Numbered from the stretch's first letter, positions 9,915 to 19,295 are shown. The stretch: 52,322 bases of DNA from a bacterium (GCA_021786355.1 JAJYNK010000011.1:1-52322); one strand, 5' to 3'. Numbers and translations are program-made. Notes: generated by a model from the letters alone, not told the origin.

Positions 9915-9916
9915 AA

Positions 9917-10002
9917 TAGTTAACTGGCAAATTGGCTGATTTGTTGATTGGTTAATCGGCTTAGTGTAAGCTCAAAGTTAACTATTCAACTAATTAATTC
10001 TA
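9917..10002. repeat. Gene-less octamer-repeat inverted tract, same family as the flanks of the four-helix-bundle gene
   Basis: TAGTTAAC TGGCAAAT TGGCTGAT TTGTTGAT TGGTTAAT followed by complementary AACTATTC AACTAATT units. Confidence 0.6.
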
Positions 10003-10005
10003 ATA

Positions 10006-10629
10006 ATGAACGACCCCACTATTTTTATTTTTCAATTAATAACGCTTATTGCTTCGGTAATAATCCATGAAGTTTCTCATGGCTTTGTTGCGTATCGGTT
10101 GGGCGATTCAACGGCTAAAGATATGGGCCGGCTGACTTTGAATCCTTTTAAACATTTGGATTTTTTCGGTTCGTTTCTTTTTCCCCTGGTTTTGTTTTTG
10201 TTCGGCAGTCCTATTCTATTTGGTTGGGCCAAGCCGGTTCCTTATAATCCGTATAATTTAAAAAATCCGCAAAGAGGCGGAGGGTTAATAGCTGCTGCCG
10301 GGCCTTTAAGCAATCTGTCTGTGGCGGTTATTTTTGGATTTATTTTAAAAATTTTTTCAATGAGCGGCATAGTTGATTCGCCCCTTTTTTTATTTTTGCA
10401 GATAATTATTTTAATAAATATTTCTCTTGCAATTTTTAATCTTGTTCCAATTCCGCCGCTCGACGGATCAAAAATTTTATTCGCTTTTCTTCCCCCGCGT
10501 TTTTTAAAAGCTCAAATTTTCTTGGAGCAATACGGTTTCATGTTTCTGCTTTTATTTATTTTTTTCGGAATCAGACTGATTCAGCCGATTATTTCCAAAA
10601 TATTTATGTTTTTAGGCGGCGGCCTTTAA
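10006..10629 (+). CDS. Site-2 protease family (peptidase M50)
   Basis: HEVSH zinc motif, AAAGPLSN, NLVPIPPLDG. Confidence 0.93.
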   Translation: MNDPTIFIFQLITLIASVIIHEVSHGFVAYRLGDSTAKDMGRLTLNPFKHLDFFGSFLFPLVLFLFGSPILFGWAKPVPYNPYNLKNPQRGGGLIAAAGPLSNLSVAVIFGFILKIFSMSGIVDSPLFLFLQIIILINISLAIFNLVPIPPLDGSKILFAFLPPRFLKAQIFLEQYGFMFLLLFIFFGIRLIQPIISKIFMFLGGGL

Positions 10630-10634
10630 TTTAC

Positions 10635-11105
10635 ATGCCTAGTACCGTAAATAAAACAAATAAAATTGCAGTTTCCGACGTTGGTAAAAAATTCAAAAAA
10701 TACGAAAGCTTAATAAAAAAACAAGCCGTAAAAATAGTCAACGTTTTGAAAATTAAAAATTCGGCAATCGATATTTTTTTAACGAGCAACGGTCAAATAC
10801 GTTTGATTAATAAAAAATTTCGCGGCAAAAATAAGCCGACTAATATTTTAAGTTTTGTTGAGCCGAAAAATTTTCCTCATCCAGAGCTTAAAATTAGAAA
10901 AAACTCAAAGAAAATTTTTATCGGGGAAATTTATTTGAATATCGACAAAGTTAAAGAATTCACAGGTTCAAAAGAGCACCTTAAACTGAACGAACTTTTG
11001 ACCCATGGCCTGCTTCATCTTCTGGGCTATATCCACAATACGAAAAATGATAGAATAAAAATGGAAAAGAAGGAAAAATGGTTAATTGGCAAACTAGATA
11101 ATTAG
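10635..11105 (+). CDS. ybeY: rRNA maturation RNase YbeY
   Basis: NKKFRGKNKPTNILSF; HGLLHLLGYIH zinc motif. Confidence 0.92.
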   Translation: MPSTVNKTNKIAVSDVGKKFKKYESLIKKQAVKIVNVLKIKNSAIDIFLTSNGQIRLINKKFRGKNKPTNILSFVEPKNFPHPELKIRKNSKKIFIGEIYLNIDKVKEFTGSKEHLKLNELLTHGLLHLLGYIHNTKNDRIKMEKKEKWLIGKLDN

Positions 11106-11113
11106 TTAACTGG
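11079..11113. repeat. Octamer tandem repeat upstream of four-helix-bundle gene
   Basis: TGGTTAAT TGGCAAAC TAGATAAT TAGTTAAC TGG; overlaps the 3' end of ybeY. Confidence 0.7.
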
Positions 11114-11127
11114 TTTTGGATAATGAG

Positions 11128-11523
11128 ATGGCGAGCGATTTTAAGGATTTGAAAATTTGGCAGGAAGCTTATCGTTTGTCTCTCGCGGTTTATAAAATAA
11201 CTGCAAAATTTCCCACAGAAGAAAAATTTTCATTGGTTGATCAGCTTCGGCGTTCAAGTATTTCAGTAGCGGCAAACATAGCAGAGTCAGCAGGTAGGTA
11301 TCATGGCAAAGACAAGATAAACCTATTAATTATAGCCAGAGGCTCGATTTGTGAAACAAGAAGCCATTTATTAATCGCATTGGGATTGAAATATTTAAGC
11401 AAAGAAAAATCTGAAGAACTGGAAAATGATTATGAAATTTTATCTAAACAAACAAATTCATTTATCGGATTTTTAAAGAAGCAAAAATCAACCAACCAAC
11501 TAACTAACCAATTAACCAACTAA
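11128..11523 (+). CDS. Four helix bundle protein (23S rRNA IVP / Avd-like family)
   Basis: FKDLKIWQEA...FPTEEKFSLVDQLRRSSISVAANIAE...ARGSICET; ATG at 11128 preferred. Confidence 0.92.
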   Translation: MASDFKDLKIWQEAYRLSLAVYKITAKFPTEEKFSLVDQLRRSSISVAANIAESAGRYHGKDKINLLIIARGSICETRSHLLIALGLKYLSKEKSEELENDYEILSKQTNSFIGFLKKQKSTNQLTNQLTN

Positions 11524-11537
11524 CTAATTAACTAGTT
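11490..11537. repeat. Octamer tandem repeat downstream of four-helix-bundle gene (inverse of the upstream tract)
   Basis: AACCAACC AACTAACT AACCAATT AACCAACT AACTAATT AACTAGTT. Confidence 0.85.
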
Positions 11538-11540
11538 TCC

Positions 11541-12749
11541 ATGTATTTAACGGCTGTTGATTTAGGTTCGTCCCAAATAAAGGCTTTGGTAACGGTTTTG
11601 GATAAAGAAAATCGACTGACTTTGGTCGAGGTTTTTAAACTGCCTTCTCGAGGCATGCGCAAGGGCGAAATAGCCGATTTTAACGAGGCCTTGAAAGCCG
11701 TAAGCTCTCTTTTTATAGAAATAAGAAAAATCAGCAAAGGCGCATTGAAGAATATTTTTGTTAACGTCGGCGGGAAAAACGTCCGTTTGCAGGGGTCCCG
11801 CGGTATTGTGGCGGTTTCTCGCGCGGACAACGAAATATATCAGGAAGATATAGACAGGGTTATTAAAGCCTCGCAAGCTATAAACCTTTCCGACAACAGG
11901 ATGATTCTTCACACCGTTGTTTCCGAGTTTATAGTTAATGGAATGGATCAAATTCAAAATCCAATTGGTATGGTGGGCAATCGTTTGGAGGTTAATAGTT
12001 TGATTGTCGATGCTTTTTCTCCGATTGTTAACGACGTAAATAATTGTGTTGACTCGGCCGGCGGCAGTGTCGGCGGTTTGGTTTTTAATCCGCTTGCCTC
12101 AAGTCGCGCGGTTTTAAATAAAGTTCATCGGGAATTGGGAGTGGCGATGATCGATATCGGTTTTGGAACCACCAGTTTGGCGGTTTTCGAAGAAGACAAG
12201 CTTATTCAGGCGAAAGTGTTTCCAGTTGGCGCCGGCAACATCACTAATGATCTCGCCATTCAATTAAAATCTTCGATAGACGTCGCGGAAAAAATAAAAA
12301 TTTCTTTCGGCCACGCCGAAGCCAGCGAAGTTTCTTCGAAAGACAAGATTGATTTGTCGGAGCTTGATCCTGATTTGAAATCGGAAATTTCCAGAAGATA
12401 TATTTCCGAGATAATCGAAGCCCGACTTGCCGAGATATTTGAAATGGTCAATAATGAACTGAAATCCATAGGGAAAACGAAGTTGCCGGCCGGAATTATT
12501 CTTTGCGGCGGCGGATCGAAAATCCCCGGCATTATTGATTTGGCAAGACATGAGCTGAAATTACCGGTTCATTTTGGCGTTTTGGATCAAAGTAATTTTA
12601 GCGCGGCCAGCGCCGATCTGATTTCAAGAATTGAAGACCCGGAATTTTCGCTTGCAGCGGGACTTATTTTGTGGGGTTACGATCAAATCGCCAAAGAAGA
12701 AACTAAAAAAGGAAAAGTTGCCAAACTATTAAAATATTTTTTGCCGTAA
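11541..12749 (+). CDS. ftsA: Cell division protein FtsA
   Basis: VDLGSSQI, IDIGFGTT, ITNDLA, ILCGGGSKIPG; precedes ftsZ. Confidence 0.96.
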   Translation: MYLTAVDLGSSQIKALVTVLDKENRLTLVEVFKLPSRGMRKGEIADFNEALKAVSSLFIEIRKISKGALKNIFVNVGGKNVRLQGSRGIVAVSRADNEIYQEDIDRVIKASQAINLSDNRMILHTVVSEFIVNGMDQIQNPIGMVGNRLEVNSLIVDAFSPIVNDVNNCVDSAGGSVGGLVFNPLASSRAVLNKVHRELGVAMIDIGFGTTSLAVFEEDKLIQAKVFPVGAGNITNDLAIQLKSSIDVAEKIKISFGHAEASEVSSKDKIDLSELDPDLKSEISRRYISEIIEARLAEIFEMVNNELKSIGKTKLPAGIILCGGGSKIPGIIDLARHELKLPVHFGVLDQSNFSAASADLISRIEDPEFSLAAGLILWGYDQIAKEETKKGKVAKLLKYFLP

Positions 12750-12750
12750 A

Positions 12751-13917
12751 ATGCCTAAATCAAAAACACAACATTTAGCAAGAATAAAAGTTTTAGGCGT
12801 AGGCGGCGGCGGCTCCAATGCTATTACCAGAATGTATGATAATTTTCCCCGGAGCATCGAACTTATTGCTATAAATACCGACATTCAGGACCTTGAGCAT
12901 TGCGAGGCAAAAAAGAAAATATGCATAGGTAAAAATTTAACTAAGGGACTCGGCACGGGTATGAATCCGGACCTAGGCCGTCAAGCGGCCGAAGAAAGCC
13001 GTTCTGAAATAGCCGAAGTTTTAAGAGACGCGGATCTGGTTTTTTTGACAGCCGGGCTTGGAGGAGGAACAGGGACTGGCGCAATGCCGGTTGTTGCGGA
13101 AATAGCTCGGGAAATGGAAATTTTAACTATTGCCATTGTTACCAAGCCCTTTGGCTTTGAAGGGGGGCAAAGAAACCGGATTGCCGAGGAAGGCTTAATA
13201 AAATTAAGAGACCGCGTTGATACTCTTATAACGGTGCCTAATGACAAAATTTTTTCCGTTATCGGCAAAGATACGACTTTAATTAAGGCTTTCGAAGAGA
13301 TAGACAGCGTTTTAAAGGAATCGGTTAGCGGCATAACCGAGCTTATTTTAAGCGCGGGAATCATAAATGTTGATTTTGCCGACATAAAAGCCATCACCCG
13401 CGATGCCGGAACGGCTATGATAGGGATAGGCATTGCTTCTGGCAACGAAAGATCCAAAAAAGCCGCTGATATGGCTATAAATTCACCGCTTTTGGAGATA
13501 TCCATCGACGGAGCCAAAGGGGTATTGTTCAGTATTTCCGGTCAAAGGGACTTAAAAATGTCTGAAGTTAATGAAATTGCCAAAATTGTCGCTGAAAACG
13601 CAGATCCTTCGGCCAAAATAATTTTTGGCGCTTACCACGATCGCAAACTTGCCAAGGGTCAAATAAAAGTGACGTTGATTGCAACCGGTTTTAGTAATAT
13701 ACTTACAAAAGAAAATCGTTTTTCGTCATCGCTTTTTGTTTCGTCTCCCGAGTTTGCTTCTCAAAGCGCCCACTTGCCGTTTGTTGGCATTACGGAAAGT
13801 TCCGCGCTTGAAACAAGCTCCGAAAAACCGAATTTAAAAAATTCGGACAAGAAAAAAAACATTGAAGACGAATCAAAACTGGAAATTCCCGCATTTTTAA
13901 GAAGAAAACGTCGATAA
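12751..13917 (+). CDS. ftsZ: Cell division protein FtsZ
   Basis: GVGGGGSNA, GLGGGTGTG tubulin signature, INVDFAD, C-terminal LEIPAFLRR. Confidence 0.99.
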   Translation: MPKSKTQHLARIKVLGVGGGGSNAITRMYDNFPRSIELIAINTDIQDLEHCEAKKKICIGKNLTKGLGTGMNPDLGRQAAEESRSEIAEVLRDADLVFLTAGLGGGTGTGAMPVVAEIAREMEILTIAIVTKPFGFEGGQRNRIAEEGLIKLRDRVDTLITVPNDKIFSVIGKDTTLIKAFEEIDSVLKESVSGITELILSAGIINVDFADIKAITRDAGTAMIGIGIASGNERSKKAADMAINSPLLEISIDGAKGVLFSISGQRDLKMSEVNEIAKIVAENADPSAKIIFGAYHDRKLAKGQIKVTLIATGFSNILTKENRFSSSLFVSSPEFASQSAHLPFVGITESSALETSSEKPNLKNSDKKKNIEDESKLEIPAFLRRKRR

Positions 13918-13927
13918 CCGATACTTT

Positions 13928-14005
13928 CACGAATCAGCACAAATTTGGGTACGAATATCACGAATTGATTAGTGTTGTTCGCGCTTTTATTTGTGGATAT
14001 TGGTG
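13928..14005. repeat. Mirror-spaced CACGAAT / ATTCGTG-type repeat hairpin between ftsZ and nrdJ
   Basis: Four CACGAAT-like units (13928, 13938, 13950, 13959) followed by four complementary units (13968, 13977, 13989, 13999). Confidence 0.75.
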
Positions 14006-14020
14006 ATTGTATTAACAATC

Positions 14021-16630
14021 ATGTTCAAAAAACTTCAAAAAAGAAATGGACAAGTCGTGCCTTTCAAGGCGGAAAAAATCATAAACGCCATTTATAAGGC
14101 GTCTTTGGCGGTCGGTGAAGCGAATTGGCAAACAGCGGAGGTTTTAGCGAAAGAAGTTGTTAATAAATTAACAAAAAAAATCAAAAAAAATTCTCTGCCG
14201 ACCGTTGAAGAAGTCCAAGACACCGTCGAGCAGGTTTTAATCGAAACCGCCCACGCGAAAATCGCCAAAGCCTATATATTGTATCGTCAACACCGCGCCG
14301 AAATCCGTTTAGAAAAGCAACAGGTTTTAAACAAAAGCGAAATAGACGAAGTTGATAAAAAATTCGACCTTAATGCTCTAAGAGTTTTAGCCAGCAGATA
14401 TTTAAGAAAAAACGAAGACGGTTCTATTTTTGAAATTCCAAAGCAACTTTTTCAAAGAGTCGCGGTTCATACGACCATTCCCTCTCTTTTTTACGACGTC
14501 AAAGTTTATCAAAAACGGGGCGGCGCATCCGAGCACCGTTTGGAAGAATTTGATTTTATAAAAAATGAAGATAAATATTCCATCGGCAAATACAAGCTTA
14601 ACCGTTTTCATCTCGACGGTTTGTACAGAATGTACAAAAGATTTGACAGGGACAGAAAGATAACAATTTCTTGGCAAGGATTTTTGGATTTATTCAAAAA
14701 AGGATATTTCGATAAATACGAAGAGGAAATCGAAAAGTACTACAACTTGATGGTGAACCGCCGATTTTTGCCGAACACTCCGGCAATCGCCAACTTCGGA
14801 AATATTTTAGGCCAAGGTTCGGCCTGTTTTACTTTGGGAGTGGAGGATTCCATCGACAAAATAATGGATTCTTTGAAAGCGGCGGCGATTATTTTTAAAT
14901 CAGGCGGCGGCTGCGGATATAATTTTTCTAAACTTAGGCCGGAAGGAGATTTCGTCAAGAGTTCGGGAGGCACCGCCTCGGGGCCGATGAGCTTTATGTC
15001 GATGTTCGACAATATGACCGACGTCATAAAACAAGGGGGTATCAGGCGAGGCGCCAATATGGGTATTTTGAATTCAGATCATCCCGATATCGAAAAATTC
15101 GTCCACGCCAAAGAAGGCAACAAGGCTCTTAAAAATTTCAACATCTCGGTGATGTTAAAAGGGGAATTTTGGAAGTGTTTGGAAGAAAAAAAGCCTTATC
15201 CCTTGGTTAATCCCAGAAGCGGAAAAGTGGTGGCGGAAATTGAACCACAGGGTCTTTTAGACGCGATCGCTTATCAGGCTTGGGAATCGGCAGAGCCCGG
15301 AGTTTTGTTCCACGACCGCATCAATGAATATAATCCGTATCTAAAAGGAATTGGGCCTATTGAGGCCACTAACCCGTGCGGGGAGGTTATTCTTTATCCA
15401 AACGAAAGCTGTAATTTGGGTTCTTTAAATGTTTGGAGTTATTTCAAAAGAAACGGCGGGAAAAAACCCTATTTTGATTGGCAAGCTTTTGAGGCCGATA
15501 TAAAAATCGCCACCCGTTTTCTTGACAACGTGGTTGACATTAATAAATATCCCTTGCCTGAAATTGAAGAAATGACTTTAGACACCAGAAAATTGGGATT
15601 GGGACTTATGGGGCTGGGAGATCTTTTGTATGAATTGGAAATTCCTTACGATTCCAAAGAGGGAATTTCTTTTATGGAAAAAATAATGGAATTTATAAAT
15701 TACCATTCCAAAGTCGCTTCGGTCCAATTAGCCAAAGAGCGCGGCAGAATGCCTTCGTTTGACAAATCTTTTTATAAAGAAGGCAAACTTCCATTTTCGG
15801 CATTTAAAGACAAAGACTCTTGGAGTTTCGATTGGAAAGCCCTTGCTTCAAAAATAAAAAAGGACGGGATTAGAAACGGCTTTACGACCGTCATAGCGCC
15901 GACCGGTTCTATTTCAATGATTGCCGGATGTTCTTCGGGGATCGAACCGGTTTTTAGTTTGGTTTTTGAAAAAAACGTGGCCATCGGAAGTTTTTATTAC
16001 ATAGATCCGGTTTTTGAAGAAAGAATGCAAAAAGAAGGTTTGATGGATGAAGCTCTTATAAAAGACGTGGCAGCCATGACCGGCAGCGTCAAAAATATAA
16101 ATTATATTACGCCGAAGCTTAAAAAAATATTCGTTACCGCTATGGATATTTCTCCCAGAGATCACGTTAAAGTTTTGGCGGCTTTCCAAAAATGGACCGA
16201 TTCTTCAATTTCTAAAACGACAAATCTTCCCGCCGAAGCCACCTTTGAAGACATCAAAGATATTTATATTTTCGCGCATGATTTAGGCTGTAAGGGAGTG
16301 ACTGTTTATCGCGACAAATCTCTAAAGACTCAAGTGCTGACCGGCACCATTAAAAAATACGAAAAGAAGCATGACAAAAAAGAAACAAAAGACAGCGAAC
16401 TTGTCGCGATAAAAGACGAAAAAGCCAAAGGCTTGGCGGTTTATCACAAAGCCGGAACAATTTTAGGTATGTCCAGTTTGGGGCTTTCTCCGGCGCCCGA
16501 TAACGGCAATAATGATTCTTCTTCGAATTCGAACAACCAGCTTAAAAATTGTCCGTCTTGCAAAACTCCTTTGGCAAGGCAAGAGGGGTGTTTAAAATGT
16601 CCGAGCTGCGGTTGGGGATTGTGCGCTTAA
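14021..16630 (+). CDS. nrdJ: Adenosylcobalamin-dependent (class II) ribonucleotide reductase with N-terminal ATP cone and C-terminal Zn ribbon
   Basis: ATP cone (KRNGQVVPF), PNTP, SACF, TNPCGE, CNLGS, APTGSIS, C-terminal CPSC...CPSCGW; no beta subunit nearby; ATG 14021 preferred. Confidence 0.92.
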   Translation: MFKKLQKRNGQVVPFKAEKIINAIYKASLAVGEANWQTAEVLAKEVVNKLTKKIKKNSLPTVEEVQDTVEQVLIETAHAKIAKAYILYRQHRAEIRLEKQQVLNKSEIDEVDKKFDLNALRVLASRYLRKNEDGSIFEIPKQLFQRVAVHTTIPSLFYDVKVYQKRGGASEHRLEEFDFIKNEDKYSIGKYKLNRFHLDGLYRMYKRFDRDRKITISWQGFLDLFKKGYFDKYEEEIEKYYNLMVNRRFLPNTPAIANFGNILGQGSACFTLGVEDSIDKIMDSLKAAAIIFKSGGGCGYNFSKLRPEGDFVKSSGGTASGPMSFMSMFDNMTDVIKQGGIRRGANMGILNSDHPDIEKFVHAKEGNKALKNFNISVMLKGEFWKCLEEKKPYPLVNPRSGKVVAEIEPQGLLDAIAYQAWESAEPGVLFHDRINEYNPYLKGIGPIEATNPCGEVILYPNESCNLGSLNVWSYFKRNGGKKPYFDWQAFEADIKIATRFLDNVVDINKYPLPEIEEMTLDTRKLGLGLMGLGDLLYELEIPYDSKEGISFMEKIMEFINYHSKVASVQLAKERGRMPSFDKSFYKEGKLPFSAFKDKDSWSFDWKALASKIKKDGIRNGFTTVIAPTGSISMIAGCSSGIEPVFSLVFEKNVAIGSFYYIDPVFEERMQKEGLMDEALIKDVAAMTGSVKNINYITPKLKKIFVTAMDISPRDHVKVLAAFQKWTDSSISKTTNLPAEATFEDIKDIYIFAHDLGCKGVTVYRDKSLKTQVLTGTIKKYEKKHDKKETKDSELVAIKDEKAKGLAVYHKAGTILGMSSLGLSPAPDNGNNDSSSNSNNQLKNCPSCKTPLARQEGCLKCPSCGWGLCA

Positions 16631-16654
16631 TAAAATTAATCTAGTATAAAGCTC

Positions 16655-17293
16655 ATGAAATATCGTTTTTTGATATGGTCTTTGATTGCTTTGGGAATAT
16701 TTGCCGTTGTTTTGGCGATTGTCGGATTTATTACCAGGCCCGTGCCGGCTTCTTCGGACGAACTAGCAATCCCTGTTTCTGATAATGATTGGTATTTAGG
16801 TTCTAAAAACGCCAAAGTAACGCTGGTTGAATACAGCGATTTCGAGTGTCCGGCTTGCAAGGCTTACGCGCCGATTATAACGCTGCTTAATAAGGATTTT
16901 CCCAATGATTTGAAAATAGTTTATCGGCATTTTCCTTTGCCTCAGCATAAAAACGCGCGAGTTGCGGCCCAAGCCGCGGAAGCCGCGGGGAAACAGGGAA
17001 AATTTTGGGAAATGGAAAACCTGATTTTTGAAAAGCAAAACGAATGGGCAGACAATAGTAATGCGGAAGAAAATTTTGTTTCATACGCGACGTCGCTGGG
17101 TTTGAATATCGAAAAATTCAAAAGCGACTTTAATTCGGATTTAACCAAAACAAAAATCGAAAGCGATTATGCAAGCGGCGAAGAATCAAAACTAACCTAC
17201 ACCCCCACCTTTTTCTTGAATTCAAAGAAAATAAGCAATCCTCAAAACTATGAAGAATTCAAGTCGCTAATAGAAACTCGGATAGGAAAATAA
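16655..17293 (+). CDS. DsbA-family thioredoxin-fold oxidoreductase
   Basis: EYSDFECPAC, YRHFPL, TPTFF; N-terminal TM. Confidence 0.93.
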   Translation: MKYRFLIWSLIALGIFAVVLAIVGFITRPVPASSDELAIPVSDNDWYLGSKNAKVTLVEYSDFECPACKAYAPIITLLNKDFPNDLKIVYRHFPLPQHKNARVAAQAAEAAGKQGKFWEMENLIFEKQNEWADNSNAEENFVSYATSLGLNIEKFKSDFNSDLTKTKIESDYASGEESKLTYTPTFFLNSKKISNPQNYEEFKSLIETRIGK

Positions 17294-17295
17294 AT

Positions 17296-17814
17296 ATGTT
17301 TAAAATCCCTAAATGGTCTCTGTGGTCTTATTTAATTTTAAGTTTTGCGGGCTTTGTCGACGCGGCGTACGTAACCGCTAAAATTTACCTAAGCAGCCCT
17401 TTGAGCTGCGCGTTTTTTGAAAACTGTAATAGAGTTATAAATTCTTCTTACTCAAAAATTTTCGGAGCGCCGATAAGTTTGCTGGGCGCGGTTTTTTATT
17501 TGACAATTTTTTTGCTTTCGGTTTATTATGTGGATGTTTCGGCTCGGCGAGACATCCACCCTGAGCTCAAGGTGGAAGGGCCTGTCGAACGGGTGGATGT
17601 TAAAAGGGACCTGGCTTTAAAAGCCATTTTCTTTTTAACCGCCTTCGGTTTTGCTTTTTCATTATATTTGGTATATATTCAAGCGTTTTTATTGAATCAA
17701 TTTTGTTTGTATTGTCTGGTTTCGGCTTTAATTTCATTAATTTTATTTTTAAACACGGGATTTAATTATTTAAAAATGCGAAATATTGAATTGACTCAAG
17801 ATGAATCCCGTTAG
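17296..17814 (+). CDS. Vitamin K epoxide reductase (VKOR) family protein
   Basis: C-x5-C-x2-V-x2-S-x-YS loop and CLYC active site; adjacent to DsbA; carries a palindromic in-frame insert. Confidence 0.9.
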   Translation: MFKIPKWSLWSYLILSFAGFVDAAYVTAKIYLSSPLSCAFFENCNRVINSSYSKIFGAPISLLGAVFYLTIFLLSVYYVDVSARRDIHPELKVEGPVERVDVKRDLALKAIFFLTAFGFAFSLYLVYIQAFLLNQFCLYCLVSALISLILFLNTGFNYLKMRNIELTQDESR

Positions 17815-17907
17815 AAATGGGATTAAATAATAAAATTTGCTAATTTATGAATTTATACAAAAAAAGTTGTTGTAAAAATATGGTGTTTGCGCCATTTCTA
17901 ACGGGAT
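17805..17907. mobile_element. CCCGTTAGA-family element, copy 1 (perfect 16-bp terminal inverted repeats)
   Basis: ATCCCGTTAGAAATGG / CCATTTCTAACGGGAT; supplies the VKOR stop and overlaps the secD ATG. Confidence 0.75.
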
Positions 17908-19162
17908 GAATAAGCAACGAATTATTTTTTTATTGGTTATAATTTTGGTTTTGGCCGTTATCGGCGGTATTTTTGTCGCGCCTAAGTGGCTTGGCGCAAA
18001 ATACAGGCCTTGGCGTCTGGGGTTGGATCTTGTGGGCGGCAGTCACCTAGTTTACGAGGTTGATATGTCCAAGGTTGATTCAAAAGATCAAGATTCGGTT
18101 TTGAGCGGCCTTCGAGATGTTATTGAAAAAAGAATCAATCTTTTTGGCGTTAGCGAGCCTAGAGTCACTTCTGCCCAGCAGGGCGATTCTCACAGGCTTA
18201 TTGTCGAACTTGCCGGAATAAAAGACGTTTCCGAGGCGGTGAAACAAATAGGGCTTACTCCATTTTTGGATTTCAGGGAAGTTGTTCAAAAGCCGTCCCA
18301 GGGGAGCACGTCCACAATTCTGAAGGACGAAAACGTGGATTTCGTCCCCACTCAATTAAACGGCCGTTATGTTAAAAACGCTCAGCTCGATATTGACCAG
18401 ACTACCGGCGCAACGCAAGTGGCCATTCAGTTTAGCGACGAGGGCGGCAAAATTTTTGAAGAGTTAACCGCTAAAAATGTGGGCAAACAGCTGGCGATTT
18501 TTTTAGATAATAATTTAGTCAGCGCGCCCACGGTCAGGGAAAAAATTTCCGGCGGCAAGGCCGTAATTACCGGCAATTTTACTCTTGATGATGCAAAGCA
18601 AATGGTTCAAAGGTTCAACGCCGGCGCTCTTCCGGCTCCCATAAATTTGATAAGCCAGCAAACCATCGGCGCCAGTCTTGGCCAGGACTCTCTGAAAAAA
18701 GCGCTTTACGCCGGTTTTATAGGCACGATTTTGATAATAATTTTCCTTATATTTTATTACCGCAAATACGGAGTTTTCGCCGCTTTTGCGCTTTTTATTT
18801 ATATAGTTTTAACCGCCGCCATCTTTAAGATTTTTGTTGTTATGTCTCTTGCGGGCATTGCCGGATTTGTTTTATCAATAGGTATGGCGGTTGACGCCAA
18901 TATTTTGGTTTTTGAAAGAGTAAAGGAAGAAATGAAAAAGGGTTTGCTTGAGGCGCAAGCCATTGAAGAGGGTTTTAAACGGGCTTGGGCTTCCATTCGC
19001 GATTCGAATATTTCCACAATCATCACCTCAATAATTCTTTACGAGTTTACTTCCAGTTTTGTTAAGGGATTTGCTCTTACGCTTTTAATCGGAGTTTTAA
19101 TGAGTATGTTTTCCGCGATAACAATCACTAAAACATTTTTAAGGGCATTCGTAAGAAAATGA
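17906..19162 (+). CDS. secD: Protein translocase subunit SecD
   Basis: LGLDLVGG, GALPAP, IGASLG, IGMAVDANILVFERVKEE. Confidence 0.96.
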   Translation: MNKQRIIFLLVIILVLAVIGGIFVAPKWLGAKYRPWRLGLDLVGGSHLVYEVDMSKVDSKDQDSVLSGLRDVIEKRINLFGVSEPRVTSAQQGDSHRLIVELAGIKDVSEAVKQIGLTPFLDFREVVQKPSQGSTSTILKDENVDFVPTQLNGRYVKNAQLDIDQTTGATQVAIQFSDEGGKIFEELTAKNVGKQLAIFLDNNLVSAPTVREKISGGKAVITGNFTLDDAKQMVQRFNAGALPAPINLISQQTIGASLGQDSLKKALYAGFIGTILIIIFLIFYYRKYGVFAAFALFIYIVLTAAIFKIFVVMSLAGIAGFVLSIGMAVDANILVFERVKEEMKKGLLEAQAIEEGFKRAWASIRDSNISTIITSIILYEFTSSFVKGFALTLLIGVLMSMFSAITITKTFLRAFVRK

Positions 19163-19294
19163 AAAATGTAAATATCAAAATGAAAAATGACAATGTAAAA
19201 TCTAAAATAACTGACCCCAAAATTATTTAATGTTAAAATAATTTTGAATTTTTATCTGTCATTTTTATTTTTAATTTTTTAATTTTAAATTTTC
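19163..19294. repeat. AT-rich bipartite (A-rich then T-rich, ~7-nt period) element, copy 1
   Basis: 34-bp TGTAAATATCAAAATGAAAAATGACAATGTAAAA (19167-19200) identical to 44696-44729; complementary T-rich right half. Confidence 0.8.
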
Positions 19295-19295
19295 T

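Noticed and set aside
11128..11523. Diversity-generating retroelement
   Set aside because: An Avd-like fold only; no reverse transcriptase or TR/VR pair is seen in the window.
13918..14020. Cobalamin riboswitch or NrdR box upstream of nrdJ
   Set aside because: The spacer is ~100 nt, lacks recognisable B12-box or NrdR consensus, and is filled by the mirror repeat.
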